Positions 47,747-61,441 of a stretch of DNA of 64,000 nucleotides are shown in pieces; the stretch's first letter is position 1, and every line of letters begins with the position of its first letter. Under the pieces are notes generated by a model that did no database searches, was not told where the DNA came from, and was given only the letters and a program-made list of their open reading frames with translations. A program made the translations under genes and the position numbers. Source of the stretch: Asterias rubens (lineage: Eukaryota); contig NC_047070.1 in assembly GCF_902459465.1 (NCBI RefSeq), positions 310,001 through 374,000 of the forward strand. Direction: 5' to 3'.

Positions 47747-49287
47747 ATGGCGTCTGCTGTTGCTTTAGTACAAGGTGCCAGCCGAGGGCTTGGTCTTCAA
47801 TTCTGTCGAAGCCTTTTACAACAACGTCCAGGAACTCATGTCATCGCAACTTGCCGTGATCCACAAAGCGCTGCAGAACTCTTGAGTCTCAAGGTAAATA
47901 TCACGTATTTTGTGTTTTATGTACATCTCTATGTTACTAAGAAGGCTTCAAGGTTTGCTTGCCCTTTCCTATCATTATGTTCAAACCTGACTTAAAGTAA
48001 AACAAAATTATTGATTAAAGTTAAATTAATACAATTATTTGATTTTGATTTGTTGGCAGAGTGCAAATAGCGACCGTTTAGAGATAGAAAAGATTGACTT
48101 AGCTCATCCAGAAGACATCCAAGAAGTAGCAGAAAAAGTCAAACAGAATGGAGTAAAAAAGTTGGATCTTCTCATAAATTGTGCTGGGATGTTACACCCA
48201 TCGGGCAAAGGGGAAACAAGTCTGAGAGATGTTACATTGGAGGTAATTCAGTAATAGCTGATTCCTGCAGATTGTTATGTTTGTGTTTGATTTGATTTGA
48301 TGAGTTTAACAATCAAATTCTGCACTGCAAATAGTGTTAGGCGGAGGGGTGTCTGGCTGTCTTTTGGAAACCCTGTTTTCAATTTGGACAGCCTGTTTAA
48401 TCTGTCATTTACATATAAATGAACTGTAACTGAACAATTTGGACAACATTTTTTTTTTAATTTCCACCACATTTGAACACCCTTTTAAAAGATCCTGACT
48501 AAAACCAGATTGATTTTATTGTGTTCCTTTAGGGTTTGTCTGCTACTGTAACAACCAACGCATTTGGACCTCTACTGATGGCTAAACACTTCGCACCATT
48601 ACTAACTAAAGGCTCTGGAGCTTATGGATCAAAGTCACATCAGAAACAACATTCAGGAATTATTGTGAATGTATCTGCAAGAGTTGGATCAATCTCAGAT
48701 AATATAGGTTAGTATTTGGCCAAGCAGCGGTCCAGTTCACCGAACCCAAGCTCTAGTGTTGTCAGCAGCAGAGTGGGGGTTCGAATCAACGTCATGACAA
48801 TTTTTGGCCCTTGATCAGGGCACTTGAACATTTTGTTTTTGTTTCTGTTATTTTTGCACATAATATCAAATGTTTCAATTTTATTTTCTAGCTCCTGGCA
48901 TGGCGAAACTACTGTTTGATTTACTAACGCCACACTACCTTTTAAGAATCTACTACCCTAAAAGAAAAATACTAAGTGTTTACAATGTGTTATTCTACAG
49001 GTCTTGGTGGTTGGTACAGCTATCGTATGTCCAAAACAGCACTGAACATGGCAACTAAGAACCTAAGCATTGAGCTCGCTAGAGGGCGCTCTCCTGTTGT
49101 TTGTGTCAGCATTCATCCAGGCACAGTAAATACTGATCTATCCCGACCATACCACAGAAGTGTACCAAAAGATAAGATATTTACTCCAGAGTATTCTTCA
49201 GACTGTATCCTTGGAATTGTTGATGGATTAACCATGGATGACACGGGAAAGTTTCTTGCATGGGATGGTCAAATTATTCCACATTAA
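47747..49287 (+). CDS. Short-chain dehydrogenase/reductase, CsgA/C-factor-like, 263 aa. Exons 47747-47893, 48060-48242, 48533-48707, 49001-49287
   Basis: Rossmann motif VQGASRGLG, LLINCAGML, VSARVGSISDN, catalytic YRMSK (YxxxK), HPGTVNTDLS and a terminal GKFLAWDGQIIP. Junctions are in frame (792 nt). Confidence 0.92.
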
Positions 49288-49883
49288 ATTAAGTGATGTA
49301 ATTCTAAAATTTGTCAGTTTATCCTACAGTAGTACATACACAGATGGAAGCCTCAAAAAGCCTCAAAATAAAACAGAATATTTTTCACTGAATAGCCGAT
49401 GTCATTTTTACGTAACAATTTAAATTCTATTTATATTATCAGGTATAATAATCTTCCTATTTGAACTGATTTCCAGACCCCCCTCCAGATTATTTAGTAA
49501 GAAATATATTAAATTAAAATTGTTATTGTTATTGTAGGTATTTGTAGGTCAGCTGTGTATAAAAACAAATGTTTACATATTTAGACGATCAATGATTATT
49601 TTCAGTTTAATCTATTGATAAAATTTAACCCTATTTATATGTTAATTACCAGACATTGGGGGCGGGGCAAGCATGGACAAATACATAAATATGGGAGGTT
49701 GCTTATTGTAACAAACCATTCATCTGTGCATCTTTTGGGATCTCAATTGGGGAGAGGGTTTTAGTTGGGAGGGGAGGGGGGTTATTCCCTCCCCTTGTCC
49801 TCTTCTGTTTATGCACCTGGAAATAAGATTTGCATTATACATGTACCTGGCTCAGTCACAAGTGCATGCTCAAGATGCATTCT

Positions 49884-50237
49884 TTAAAGGAACACGTTGC
49901 CTTGGATCAGTCGAGTTGGTCTTTAAAAAGCATTTGTAACCGTTTGGTAGAATACAATGATCCACACAAATTTGCCTCGAAATTGCGTGGTTTTCCTATT
50001 ACTTTGCGAACTAACACGGTCGGCCATTTATGGGAGTCAAAAATTTGACCCCCATAAATGGCCGACCGTGTATGTCGAACAGGTAAAAGGAAAACCATGC
50101 AATTTCGAGCGATACTTGTGTGGATCATTATATTCTGCTTTTAAAATATCTTTCTAATCATATGCATTTTACAACAAACGGTTACAAACGCTTTTCAAAG
50201 ACCAACTCGACCGATCCAAGGCAACGTGTTCTCTTAA
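49884..50237. mobile_element. Third TTAA MITE family, second copy
   Basis: AGGAACACGTTGCCTTGGATC ... GATCCAAGGCAACGTGTT; homologous to 40552-40917. Confidence 0.87.
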
Positions 50238-51298
50238 ACTCTATTCAGTGTTGCTATGTTACATGGTTTGGGCAAGCTTTCTCGCGTTACCATAATGGAT
50301 TGTTTGCCATAATCTGCTCATCTGATTGTTGCTATGGGCAAATACTGCATTGAATCATGTGATATATAGCTACAGTTGGTTTGGTCAACAAGTCAAATGT
50401 ATCAAGTTTGAGCATTTAACAGTAGCAGATCTTGACATTGTGGCGTTTGTTTCTTTGCAAACGTCTTTTTAGTGAAGCTAAAATCTTGTGCTTATTCTCC
50501 GCCATGCTTGTTTTTGTCTATTTATCTGCAATATTTTTACTGCAGTTTAGCGAAGTGAAACAACCTTGTATTCATAAGCTTGTTGTTAAGAAATGTTCAG
50601 GGTTAAAACATGTGTGTGATAAAATTAAGTATTGAGTATATCAATAATTAAACCTGTTTCTGAAGTCTGTGGACAATTTTATTGCAGTAATGATTGTAGT
50701 TATGATAAATCTTAGAGCCAAGTTAGTCGAAAGTAACTTGTTTGGTTAAAATGTACGCGGTTATAAGGTTAAAATTCAGCATCGACCGAGAAGCCAAACG
50801 TTGGAATTGAGTTCTGATGCAGTCAAACCACTTTTCAGTGTAGTTATTGCAGTCAGTCATCCCCACACCACCACAGTCATCCCCACCTCTTGAAAACGAA
50901 ATTGCATTGACTGATATTTGGGTGTTGGTAATGCAAATTATTATCACCTAATTACATAAAAATAACAATTTATTGAAAGTAATTAACGAAATAGAAATGA
51001 ACTCCAAGAATCCGTAAGGACAGCTACACTAACTGTTTATCTAGCTAGAACTTTATCTGCACGAGGAACATTCGATGTCCACTTGCGGGCCGGAGACAAA
51101 AACTGGCAGAATTCTAATTTGACAAATTATAAAGATATTCTGTTCAAAGCAGGCATGTGAGATTTCCTCTTTTAAGCTGATTTCCTCTTGGGTTTTGATT
51201 TTCCTCTTTTTTCGTGGGTAGAACATGCAAGTCAAAGCCAATGGAGCAATTGTTGTCTAAATCGGTATCCAATGACGTTCCCTGAGTGATGGTGTAAT

Positions 51299-51451
51299 AA
51301 TGTTCACTCAAGGATGTGGACCATACAAAACGAGCTGCACTATTGTGTAATCATTGAACTCTGTCAAATCAACTTAATGTTCACTCAAGGATGTGGACCA
51401 TACAAATGAGCTGCACTATTGTGTAATCATTGAACTCTGTCCAATCAACTT
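51299..51451. repeat. Direct repeat, ~77 bp x 2
   Basis: AATGTTCACTCAAGGATGTGGACC... at 51299 and 51376. Confidence 0.85.
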
Positions 51452-52733
51452 AAACTTCAATTCCAAAGACAATGACCAATTCAGAAGTTTATTTCAAAGT
51501 GAAAGATTCTACATCTGAAATTAGACGTTCTGTACAAAGGGTCTCTTTCATAATGTTCAAGCTTTTATCCCTTTAGTCCCTGCACCGCCCGAGTTTGCTG
51601 AAAACCAATTTCTCAAGATTCTTGCAGTAAATTACTGGAAACGTAGTTCGCATTTTAACAGATAGCCATGGCTTAATATGTATGTACAATTTTTTACCCT
51701 TTCGATATATTTGTATAAAAGTACAAGTTCTCATGGGAACAATAAATGCCTCAAGTTAAACGTCTACGGTAATTTTTATGGCGAATATTTTTTGTGCACG
51801 GATGAAATGGACACAATAGATTTTCAAGGCTTTTGCCTGGCTCAATGCTCATACTGATTGAATGCTAGGAGGTCTCATTCTTAGAAAAAAAAAAACAGAA
51901 TTCAAATCAACATAAAGTGTTTTCAACAGTTTCTTAAGAAATTAATGACAACTTTAATACTTGCACACGGAGCCAAAGAGTAAAATCTAACATGTTGAAA
52001 GACTTAGGTAGCTAACCAGTGTATCATTCGGTTTTGTCAACATCTAATCGCGGGTGTAGGGTCAATTGCCAAGAATGATATGCGTACCCCATAATAGACA
52101 CGTCAAAGTTTCAGTTTAATATAGTGCTTCTTGCTTGTTGAGAAAACGGCAAGACTCTCACTGTATGTCGTTATAAATTGAAACCTTCTTCATTTGGCGA
52201 TAATGGGTAGTACTAGCCCTAGCGGCCTTGTACAGCACAGAGGAAGAGTCATATAGGGCTACGATTGGTATCAGCCAACTCTTGTCATATTGAGGGCATC
52301 GGTCATCAGACACGAAAGACACTTCAAAGTCACCTGCAGTCGAGGCGAGCTTCGGAGAATCAAATGTTGCAACGTACATTAACCCGAGGGAGGGCGGGGG
52401 GCACCCAGACGAAATAAAATTGGCAAGATACTTCACGTTATACTCGTAACCATCTCCACAATAAGGCTTTTGGGTGGGTACAAAAAATACACAAACTCTT
52501 TTACAATGTTATTACAAAGTATAAAATATACCTTTAAGAGTCAATACTGACGGATCTTTATATCACCCTTGCTAGCTGTTTCCATAATTTGCATTGTATG
52601 GTCTTAATCATTATGACAATGGAAGACTCGGTTACTTTGGTAACCATTTAGAAACCGTAAGGCTGGTATCCACACAACGGCGTGTAATGTTTTTTTAACG
52701 GTGTAGCAGATACTATGCACTGTAACCACAGTG

Positions 52734-53039
52734 TTAAAGACACTGGACACTTGGTACTTGTCAAAGACCAGTCTTCTCATTTTGGTGTTTATCGACGTAT
52801 GCATAAAATAACAAACCTGTGAAAATTTGAGCTCAATTGGTCGTCAAAGTTTGGAGATAATAATGACAGAAAAACACCCTTGTCACACAAAGTTGTGTGC
52901 TTTCAGATGCTTGATTTCGAGATCTCAAGTTCTAAATACGAGAGCTTTACTATCAACATCTCTTAATGGCTTGTTACCGAGTTAGTTTTTGTGTAAAAAA
53001 ATATTTTGAGTAATTACCAATAGTGTCCACTGCCTTTAA
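52734..53039. mobile_element. Kolobok/T2-like MITE, internally deleted
   Basis: TTAA-AGACACTGGACAC ... TAGTGTCCACTGCCT-TTAA. Confidence 0.85.
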
Positions 53040-56000
53040 CTTTACGCGCGAAATGTTTCATTTTGTAAATGTTGCTCGCTAATTACTTTTGAAGGGTTCG
53101 TATGAATCATAATTTGTAAGAATATAATTTCATAGCATCGGCCTTTCTCATAACCTTTACAGATAATTTACAAAATTCTGTTTTCATTTTTTTTGTGGCG
53201 TTATATCCTACGTTGAAGCTCATGGTATTTGTAAAAAAGAACATAATTTATAATGAAATTATAACAATAACAAAGGTTATAATATATATTTGGTCTGCGG
53301 CAACGCCACCTTGCCAGGTAGCGTTCGTTCCTTAGAGAAATGCTACAAATCCTAAATAATAATAGTAGGTATTAGAAAATCACAATATTGAGAACGGTCA
53401 GCAATCACGTGACAGCTCCTCTTCATCGTCCCCATGTCCTTGGCCCTAATTAATGGAGCTGCTAATTAATGGAGCTGCTTCATCAGAAAATACTTTCTCT
53501 CAATTAAACTGGTCCCTGGCTCTCTCTGAAGTGAAACTAGACATGTGAAATAAATTGTTTTGAGACCAAATATTGGACTAAACTGTTGATAATTGCTGAT
53601 TATAAAATTAAAATATGACCTTTGCATAAAGAATAGTTTTATTTAAATTGTTTTGTGGAAAAGTTACTGTTATTCTCTTCACGTGAAGCCTAGTGACAAT
53701 CACGATTTTCTCTCAACCTGAGATGTATATTTGAAGTCCGTATTGCAATAAAGAGTTAAATGACCTTAGTATGTATTGAACCAGTTTGAATTAAGCTAAT
53801 AGTGTCTTCAGTGACAGTCTATTGACCGCTCATTGTGCTAATTAATGACGAAATGAAATGATCACGTCCTTTTTCAGTAACTCTAAATGACCACTAAGAT
53901 AACCCTTATGAAGATCATAATAAAAGCATAACATGTTTTTTTTTTTCATTGCTGTTAAACTGTTCAAAAAGTAGTTTGTATTACAAATAGTCGGTCACGT
54001 TGGTCTTGTATCCTAATATAGATTGTATAAAATCCCTCCTCTAGGGATCTTCACCCGATTCTTTCAGGGAAGTACAACATGTGTTTACAAGAAAACTGTC
54101 ATTATAAAGATGTGTCGCCACAATCTCCTGGTCCAAAATAAACAATTATTTAAGTGGTAATTGAACTTATTACATTAAATCATCAAAATAACAGTTGCAT
54201 GTTTTTTCCCTTTTTATCAATGAATTACTCCGAACTCCGAGCACCACCACCACCATCACACCATCCCAAACCGATGGCAATCATCACATCTTGAAAGCTT
54301 ACTATTGGGGATAAATTGCATGGTTGTGTTTCAAAAGGCTTACATCCTTGCAGCATTTCAACCATACGGTTTCTACCACGTCATGCAGCTTTTATGTAAC
54401 AAATATGCATAGGGCCTACAACAGAAGAAAACAAAATTGCTTCGCTATAAGCAGATAAAAACACTCATTTTGTGTATGGCATTCCTTATTAATCTTTTGT
54501 AAATAGTAGGTAAATAGTTTATGACCAGAGGACTGGTTGAATTTAAGTCCAAAGGAAACATATTGATTAGTATTATGATATCATCTGGAAGTCCGCCAGA
54601 CTGTTGATTCTTTGGTGCTATTGTGTGAACACGAGGAGGAAAAAGTTGTCCAGTTTGAGGAAAGTCACCTAGTACTTGAAAATGTGTGTTATTATAATGT
54701 TGACTATTGTATTAGGTAGACTGCATCACGGATAGTTATGTGAGTAATCAAATACTAATTTATATTCAATTGAGTGCAGTCTCCTCTAAACAACCCCGCA
54801 GTCTGAGTCGCTCGTCTGAATCGTAAGATACAAATGAATAATGAATGCTATAATGACTGGGGCTTTTAAAGAGTGCCACGTGGATATTGCTCAAAGGGGT
54901 CATGATACATATTTATTGAAATTGAGATTGATTACGATCAATAATTATTATATAAAGATCTAGTTTATAAAAGTAACAACTTATTGCATTTCTTGTGTGC
55001 AATCTCTTCCTGAGGATGTTCGAAGGCGCATAATTGCACAACAAATCCTTACAAAATTACAGCACATAACAAACAAACAAAGTTACATACCCCCCCCCCC
55101 CCCCGAAAAGTCCATTTAAAAATGCACCAAAATAAAAAAAACTGCACAATATCATAAAACCGCTTAGAGATGACGGAGTGTCAAACATTGGAATTGAGGA
55201 GGACCACCACCTGATTTCTATTTCAGATTTTTGAATCAAGTTGACTCGTCATTGACCTTTGGACGATGCTACATGTATGTCTTCATTACAAACATATAAT
55301 CAGGGGGACAAATGGAACCAATGCGGGAAACAGAACAAGTCAACCGCATAGGCATTTATGGTAAATGTTTCATTTGAATCAATAGTTTAAACTTAAATCT
55401 CTGAGATCCTGCCTGTTTATTCAAACCCTTTGACTCCTCTCAGAATTTGAAACCTTGAAGACCTCCCCCAACCTCATCACGGCATTGTTCAATTGACAAT
55501 AGACAACGTGATGTACACGATCATCAGACAATACGCTATAGCAAGTCACCTGTTGCTATGGTAGTTGCTATCGGTGTAAATTAACACGCAGTCCCTTGTC
55601 AACAGTCGTTGTCTTTTGTTAAACTAACTTGACCATTTGGGTAGGCAGATTACAGAGGCAATTTTCAATTCGGTGCGTGTGTGCAAATCATTCGTATAAT
55701 CGGTAAAGTAACGACCAAAGAAGACAAATGGGACAGGAAACCAGTTCGCCACAGGAGACACCTGTAAGATCAACAATATCATCTGTTGATTTGACGCTAT
55801 TCTTCAATAATTGTGTTGTATCTAAGGAGGTAAGACAATAGATCAACCGTTGAGTTAATCTACAAGTTAATTGATACTTAACTGAAACCATCTGAAACTA
55901 ACAGTCTATTCAACTATGATTGCTGTCAATCTGAATGGGTTAGTGCCGAACTGTCAACCTTGTTACGTTTCGTTTGTCTTTTGTGGCCATCTACAGTGAT

Positions 56001-57490
56001 CGTCAGACGCCATCTTGATATAAAACGGAAGCTGTTGATTGGACTAGTGGAAGATGTTACTGGTGTTGTTATCGTTATAGGAAATAGATTCAAATCATCT
56101 AAAATGCATCAAATGCCGAGTTAAGTGACCAGAGCACCGTTTTTGTTTGTTTGGAGATTTATTTTTTGAGTAACGCTTTTTCGTTTTTTTTTATTTGGGA
56201 TGCTGTAGACCTACAAAATGAAGGACAAACGTTGGATAAATTAACGGATAATGACGCAACTATTACAGCACAAAGACTTGACAAACATTGAGTGTTTGAT
56301 ATAATCTTTCCAGCGATTATTATATCAACATTTTAACTTCATCTTCATGTTAGACTATATAGTCTTGATATTTTGGTTTCATCATTTGAAGCAAGGTCAA
56401 CTGAGTGCTGAACCAACAACAAGGCTGCTTGGCTGTAATTTAGTAAGTACATTATATATGATCCATTTGTTATCAAACTAATGCCAAGAACGTAGATTAA
56501 AATTTGATATTCTCAATTAAGATGATTTCAAGGTCATCTAATAGGTTACTAAACTAATATCCCGTTGGATAATTAAACATAATAACATGTGTAACCTGCC
56601 GAAAAGAGAACTAATGGTGTTAACAATAGTCAGTAACTCGGGAGCAAGAATTTTTTTTTAAGAAGAAAAAAATCAACTCACAATTAGTTTTAAAATTGGT
56701 ATGCGAAAACAAAATAATAATATAAAAAAATTACCTAGGCCCAACTTCATGGCTCAGTTAACCGTAAGCATAGAATCTGCGCTTACGAAAGCAGGAAATA
56801 CCGCACTAATGATTTACCGGTTCGCATAAGGGAATGTTGATTTTGCACTTGCGCACATCGTGTACACCTTGCCCAGAAAGTCGGCGCTTACACAGTAAGC
56901 GGAGAATGGTGGTATTCGGCGGTAAGCTGGCCTGGTTACGAGGATGGTAATGAAGTCATCATTCATTTCTGTATAAACATAATTCATACATGCATGCGAC
57001 TGACATGGAAGAGCTGGTAAACAAACAAGTTGCTATAATGTGTGATCGCTTCTGTTTCTGAGTTGTGTTTTTTGCATCAAAAGGCACTTTGATGTTTTTA
57101 CGTTTGGAATCCCTGCTTGTTGTCTAATCCTTTATAGTAATAAATAAATACCATAAACTAACATGTGAACATTTCATTTCAAAAGGGGTAGCGTTTTTGA
57201 GATATTGCCGAAAACCTGCAAGTGTTTTGTGACGCAAGGAGAATAATGCAATTGCAATTCCCTATATGAGAAGCGTTACCGCTTGGGGGGGGGGGATAAC
57301 AAGTGATATCTTTTTCCATAACCGCAGTACTTGTATCTCATATCCAACGCTGGCGACCAAAGAAGTTTTTGGAGCCATTAATATACGATACCCTTGAGTA
57401 AACCTATTGCCGCTGCAATATTATATTTTGTTTCTAAATTACTCTTTTTCTTTTATAGATTCGTCGACTGCATAAAGCCTGAATCCAACC

Positions 57491-59179
57491 ATGTTTTATT
57501 TGGCGCCACACCAAGCGGTGATGATCGCAATCAACTTAATCGCCTTAGTTCTTGGTGCTCCTGGTAACGTTTTAGTACTTCGTGTGTATTTTAGTAAACC
57601 TCGTAAGACCAGCACTCATATCTTGATCATGGGACTCGCTTTAAGTGATCTTTTGTCACTGTTTGTGACTTTCCCGCTTGAAATAGTCGCCTGGACGAAA
57701 GAGTATGACATTACCAGTCAACCTTTCTGTAGAGTGTTGAGTTTCTTCTATCATTACTTTGCACAGTGTTCGGTGCTAATCACTGTAGCTATTGCAATAG
57801 ACAGATATTATGCAGTTTGCCGTCCACATCAATGGAAGATGACAACTAGAAGAATTCAAATCATTCTCACCACGTGTTTCATGCTGAGTTCAGTAACAAG
57901 TTTTGCCGCCATTTTCTCATACAATACAACTGAACTAAACTATGAGGCGGCTTCAGTGTACTACGAATCAAACAATGTGAATGAAACAGTCACGATATCA
58001 CTTTGTGACAGAGACACAACTAGCGGATTTAACCAAGCTGTATTTATCATCCATACAGTATGGTTTGGTATGTTGTTCTTGGTGTTATTGGTAGCATACA
58101 TTAAGATTTATTTGACGATTCGGAAACGGGTAACTGCTGGACCAGTATCTGATGGTGATCCATCTAGAATGAGAGTAGTTCGACCAGCAATCCGGTTCAT
58201 ATCACACCTTACAGTGGTCACCAACAGGACGGGGAGCGCCAACCAGAACCAAGAGGAGCAATCTCAAGATAGAGGATCAAATCACGGATCCAGGGAACAA
58301 GATACTCATTCAACGGACGATTCCTCGTCACATGCTGCCGGGAAAACCCTCTCAGAGACGGCCAAATCACACTGGCTGCAAAGCGAGAAGACAAAAACAC
58401 CCACCGGCAAAAGTGACAATGCCGTCGCACGGGCATTCTTAATGGCTGGGGGTTTGCATCGTCCAGTGCTCCCGTCCATTGGTCAAGCTAATGAAGAATT
58501 AAATGGCGTAAACCATTCAAGTCCAACTGGAAATACTTCTGTGCCTACTACGCCCATCGGCCAAGTTACCGAAGGTTTCAATGGGATAAACCAAACGAGT
58601 CCAAGTGAAAAAACGTCCATGCCTACCGCGCCCAACTTACTACCAAGTAGTCGAAAATCAACGGCATGGAATAAGATTTCTCTAATAAACAAGAAGCCAG
58701 TTGTAGCTGCTGTTGTTCAAGGCGAGACATCTTCAGGACGAATACTAGCTCAAGATGGAAGTACACAAGAACATGACCAACGTGGTGCTGATAGTGTAGA
58801 TGTCAGTCAGCAACGAACTATTCTTGGACCTCTTGCAAAGGCTTTACAGAAGAGAACAGGTGCAGCTACCGCCATGAATCTTAAGATTCAAAAGAAGACA
58901 ACGAACATGCTTCTTGTTGCTGCACTGACTGCAGTGATTACATGGCTCCCTACTGTAATTATTGAAACAGCGATGCCCAACGTGCATCAAATGATTATTA
59001 CTCAGCCGGAGTTTGCAAAAATTATGATTTGTTTCATGGGGTGGTTATTTTTATTTAATTTTGTGACTAATCCAATTGTTTACAGTCTCATGAACGACCG
59101 TTTTCGGGACGAATGCTCAAAATCATTTCGCAAATGCAAGTTGTGCTCTCAGAAAACAAAAACTGAACAAAAGGAGTAA
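57491..59179 (+). CDS. Orphan rhodopsin-like (class A) GPCR, single coding exon, 562 aa, very long third intracellular loop
   Basis: GN in TM1 (GAPGN), LALSD in TM2, AIDRY, TWLP in TM6, NPIVY in TM7. A splice acceptor at 57457-57458 and an in-frame TAA just upstream of the ATG fix the start. Confidence 0.9.
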   Translation: MFYLAPHQAVMIAINLIALVLGAPGNVLVLRVYFSKPRKTSTHILIMGLALSDLLSLFVTFPLEIVAWTKEYDITSQPFCRVLSFFYHYFAQCSVLITVAIAIDRYYAVCRPHQWKMTTRRIQIILTTCFMLSSVTSFAAIFSYNTTELNYEAASVYYESNNVNETVTISLCDRDTTSGFNQAVFIIHTVWFGMLFLVLLVAYIKIYLTIRKRVTAGPVSDGDPSRMRVVRPAIRFISHLTVVTNRTGSANQNQEEQSQDRGSNHGSREQDTHSTDDSSSHAAGKTLSETAKSHWLQSEKTKTPTGKSDNAVARAFLMAGGLHRPVLPSIGQANEELNGVNHSSPTGNTSVPTTPIGQVTEGFNGINQTSPSEKTSMPTAPNLLPSSRKSTAWNKISLINKKPVVAAVVQGETSSGRILAQDGSTQEHDQRGADSVDVSQQRTILGPLAKALQKRTGAATAMNLKIQKKTTNMLLVAALTAVITWLPTVIIETAMPNVHQMIITQPEFAKIMICFMGWLFLFNFVTNPIVYSLMNDRFRDECSKSFRKCKLCSQKTKTEQKE

Positions 59180-61235
59180 TATGTCACAAAGTTAGATTTT
59201 ATTTATTAAAGAAAGTGCTTATTACGTTGACACTTTTTTAAACATCTGTCTTATCTTTGTATAATAACAAAATAATAATAAAATATTATTTATATAGCGC
59301 CTTATGCCAGGCCTTATGGCGCTTACCACTGAAATATACAATATTTTTAAAAACAGCTCTAAATATAGAAAAGGCAGTTTAAAAACCACAAGAGGGTAAC
59401 AAATTTAATCTAAACAAAACCACCAGGAGAAAACCATGTTTAAAGAATACTAGAGGATGGCAGGTTACCAGCACCTGGCCCTTACGTCAAGAACCGAGCA
59501 ACAGCATACATAAAAATACAACAAATATTTAAATACAATGACAATAAATATCAAGGTGGTTTATGAAGATTGTTTCCAACAAGTCAGAAACATCGAAACA
59601 CAGCGGGGATGTGACCCGAGAATGTTGCGGAAAGTAGACAAACAAGTGAGTGAAATGGTTTAATTAAGGGCGTGAACGTTGATGCATGACCGGAGTAATA
59701 ATAGGTCGCGCTTTTAAATAATTAACGATAACTGTTTCTATTGTTACACGTGGACAAATTTAGTTATGATAATATATCTATCGGGGACTCTTTTTGGTGC
59801 CGAGTTTTTAACGAGGTTCAGCCCATCGCCGTGTGCAGTGTACCTCAACTCACATGCTGAGGTTTATTTCCTAGTTTGTGTGAAAAACCACATCAAGGAA
59901 ACAAGAGCTCATATTCAAAACACCATGAAGCATAACAATTACTGTTCTTCTTTGATAAATAGCCCTTATTAGTTTGTCTTCGTAGTTACCTATTACGAAA
60001 AATAATGTTCAGAATTTGCGTGGCACTTCGTAAGTTTAGTTTGGTTTTGACTGACTGCTAAATGACCTGAAAACACTAACATCGCTCTAAAATCATCAAG
60101 GTTTGTTTTAAAAGACGAAAAACATTCTTTAAGACGAACTTCATTTTGAATAAGAGAAAATCAGGAAGGCATCATTAATTACTCTCACCGCGCTGCCGTG
60201 AATTTATTGATTTAACTACTTTTGCTAACATTTTTTTTTTCCGACGTTATCGTTTGCTTCATTTTGTAAAAAAAAAAACAACGTTTTCTCACTGTGTTTT
60301 CCTGTGGCTTTTTCGTGACCAAAAGTAAATATTAACGTCGGTGCCAGTTAGTATATTCGTTATTATTCATAACTCAGTTTATTATATCATATTGTTGTGA
60401 CTTGTATTTGCCTCTGCCGAAGGCCCGGTTCGGATGAAAAGCTAAGGCCATCTACCCTTCTAATTTTATTTAAGTGTTGCATGTATTTATATAATTTCAG
60501 TATTGTCAATGTGCATAACTACAATTAATTGTTTAAGAATGGTGGAACAATTAAGGTATGCACAACTTGGGAAGGGCGTGTCTACCACCTTAGCATGAGA
60601 GTAAGTATTTGGTTGGTCAATATGGGGTAATTTCAATCGTTTGTTTAATATTAAAGCGATAAATTGGTTGTTCTGTAAAATCTGCAACGACCGCTATTAT
60701 TTATAATTAATTAATTGTTTTATTAACACCTGCCATCAAGCAAGGAACCAATTTGATATTTTGAAAAATCAAATCATTGTTTTTCTCATCGATGTGTCGA
60801 AAGGTGCAAATTAGTATCGTTGTATACCATGTTTTTGGAGGGGCACTATTGTTGTCACGCAAGATGGGGAAATTAATTTTGTTTCTGAAAGCTTGTATAT
60901 AAAAGCACAAACATGCTCAAGTTATCGGCTACCATCATTATTATCGTCTTTTTTGATTGGTTATTATTTTGTTTAATACGCACTCTTTGAAATTGCAACA
61001 GGCAAAATATTTGAAGTGATGTTTTACCTTCCGTCATATTTGAAAAGGGTGCATGTAAAGTAAGTACAAATTGCCCGAATTGCCAACATTCAAAAATTCC
61101 AAGTAAAGAGTACAAAGGAATGATTTGGTAAAGGATTTGGGGTTGAACAAACCCAATTTTACTCGAGTGGGAATAAGCCATTTGCGTTTTAGCCTTAGTC
61201 TGGTACAATGACGTGCTCGATCATCACTTAAATTC

Positions 61236-61441
61236 GAATTCCTCAGACTAGAGACAGTGCTACGTCAAATGAATAGGGGCAAGCTTTTTCTTAGTAGCGT
61301 CGAGACGGTGAACACCCATACACAATTCTGAATAGATGTGTATGGTACAATGACCTGGGTTTGCTCATCTGGAGGTTGCTATACAAAAGCTTGCCCAGAA
61401 CCATTTTTACATATCAACTGTCTCTATAGTCTGAGGAATTC
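61236..61441. mobile_element. Small TIR MITE
   Basis: GAATTCCTCAGACTAGAGACAG ... CTGTCTCTATAGTCTGAGGAATTC, with an inner GGGCAAGCTTTT/AAAAGCTTGCCC inverted repeat. Confidence 0.75.

Noticed and set aside
56019-56448. TATA box (56019) and donor (56443) as the first exon of the class A GPCR
   Set aside because: Plausible, but such motifs are frequent in AT-rich DNA and I have no independent support.
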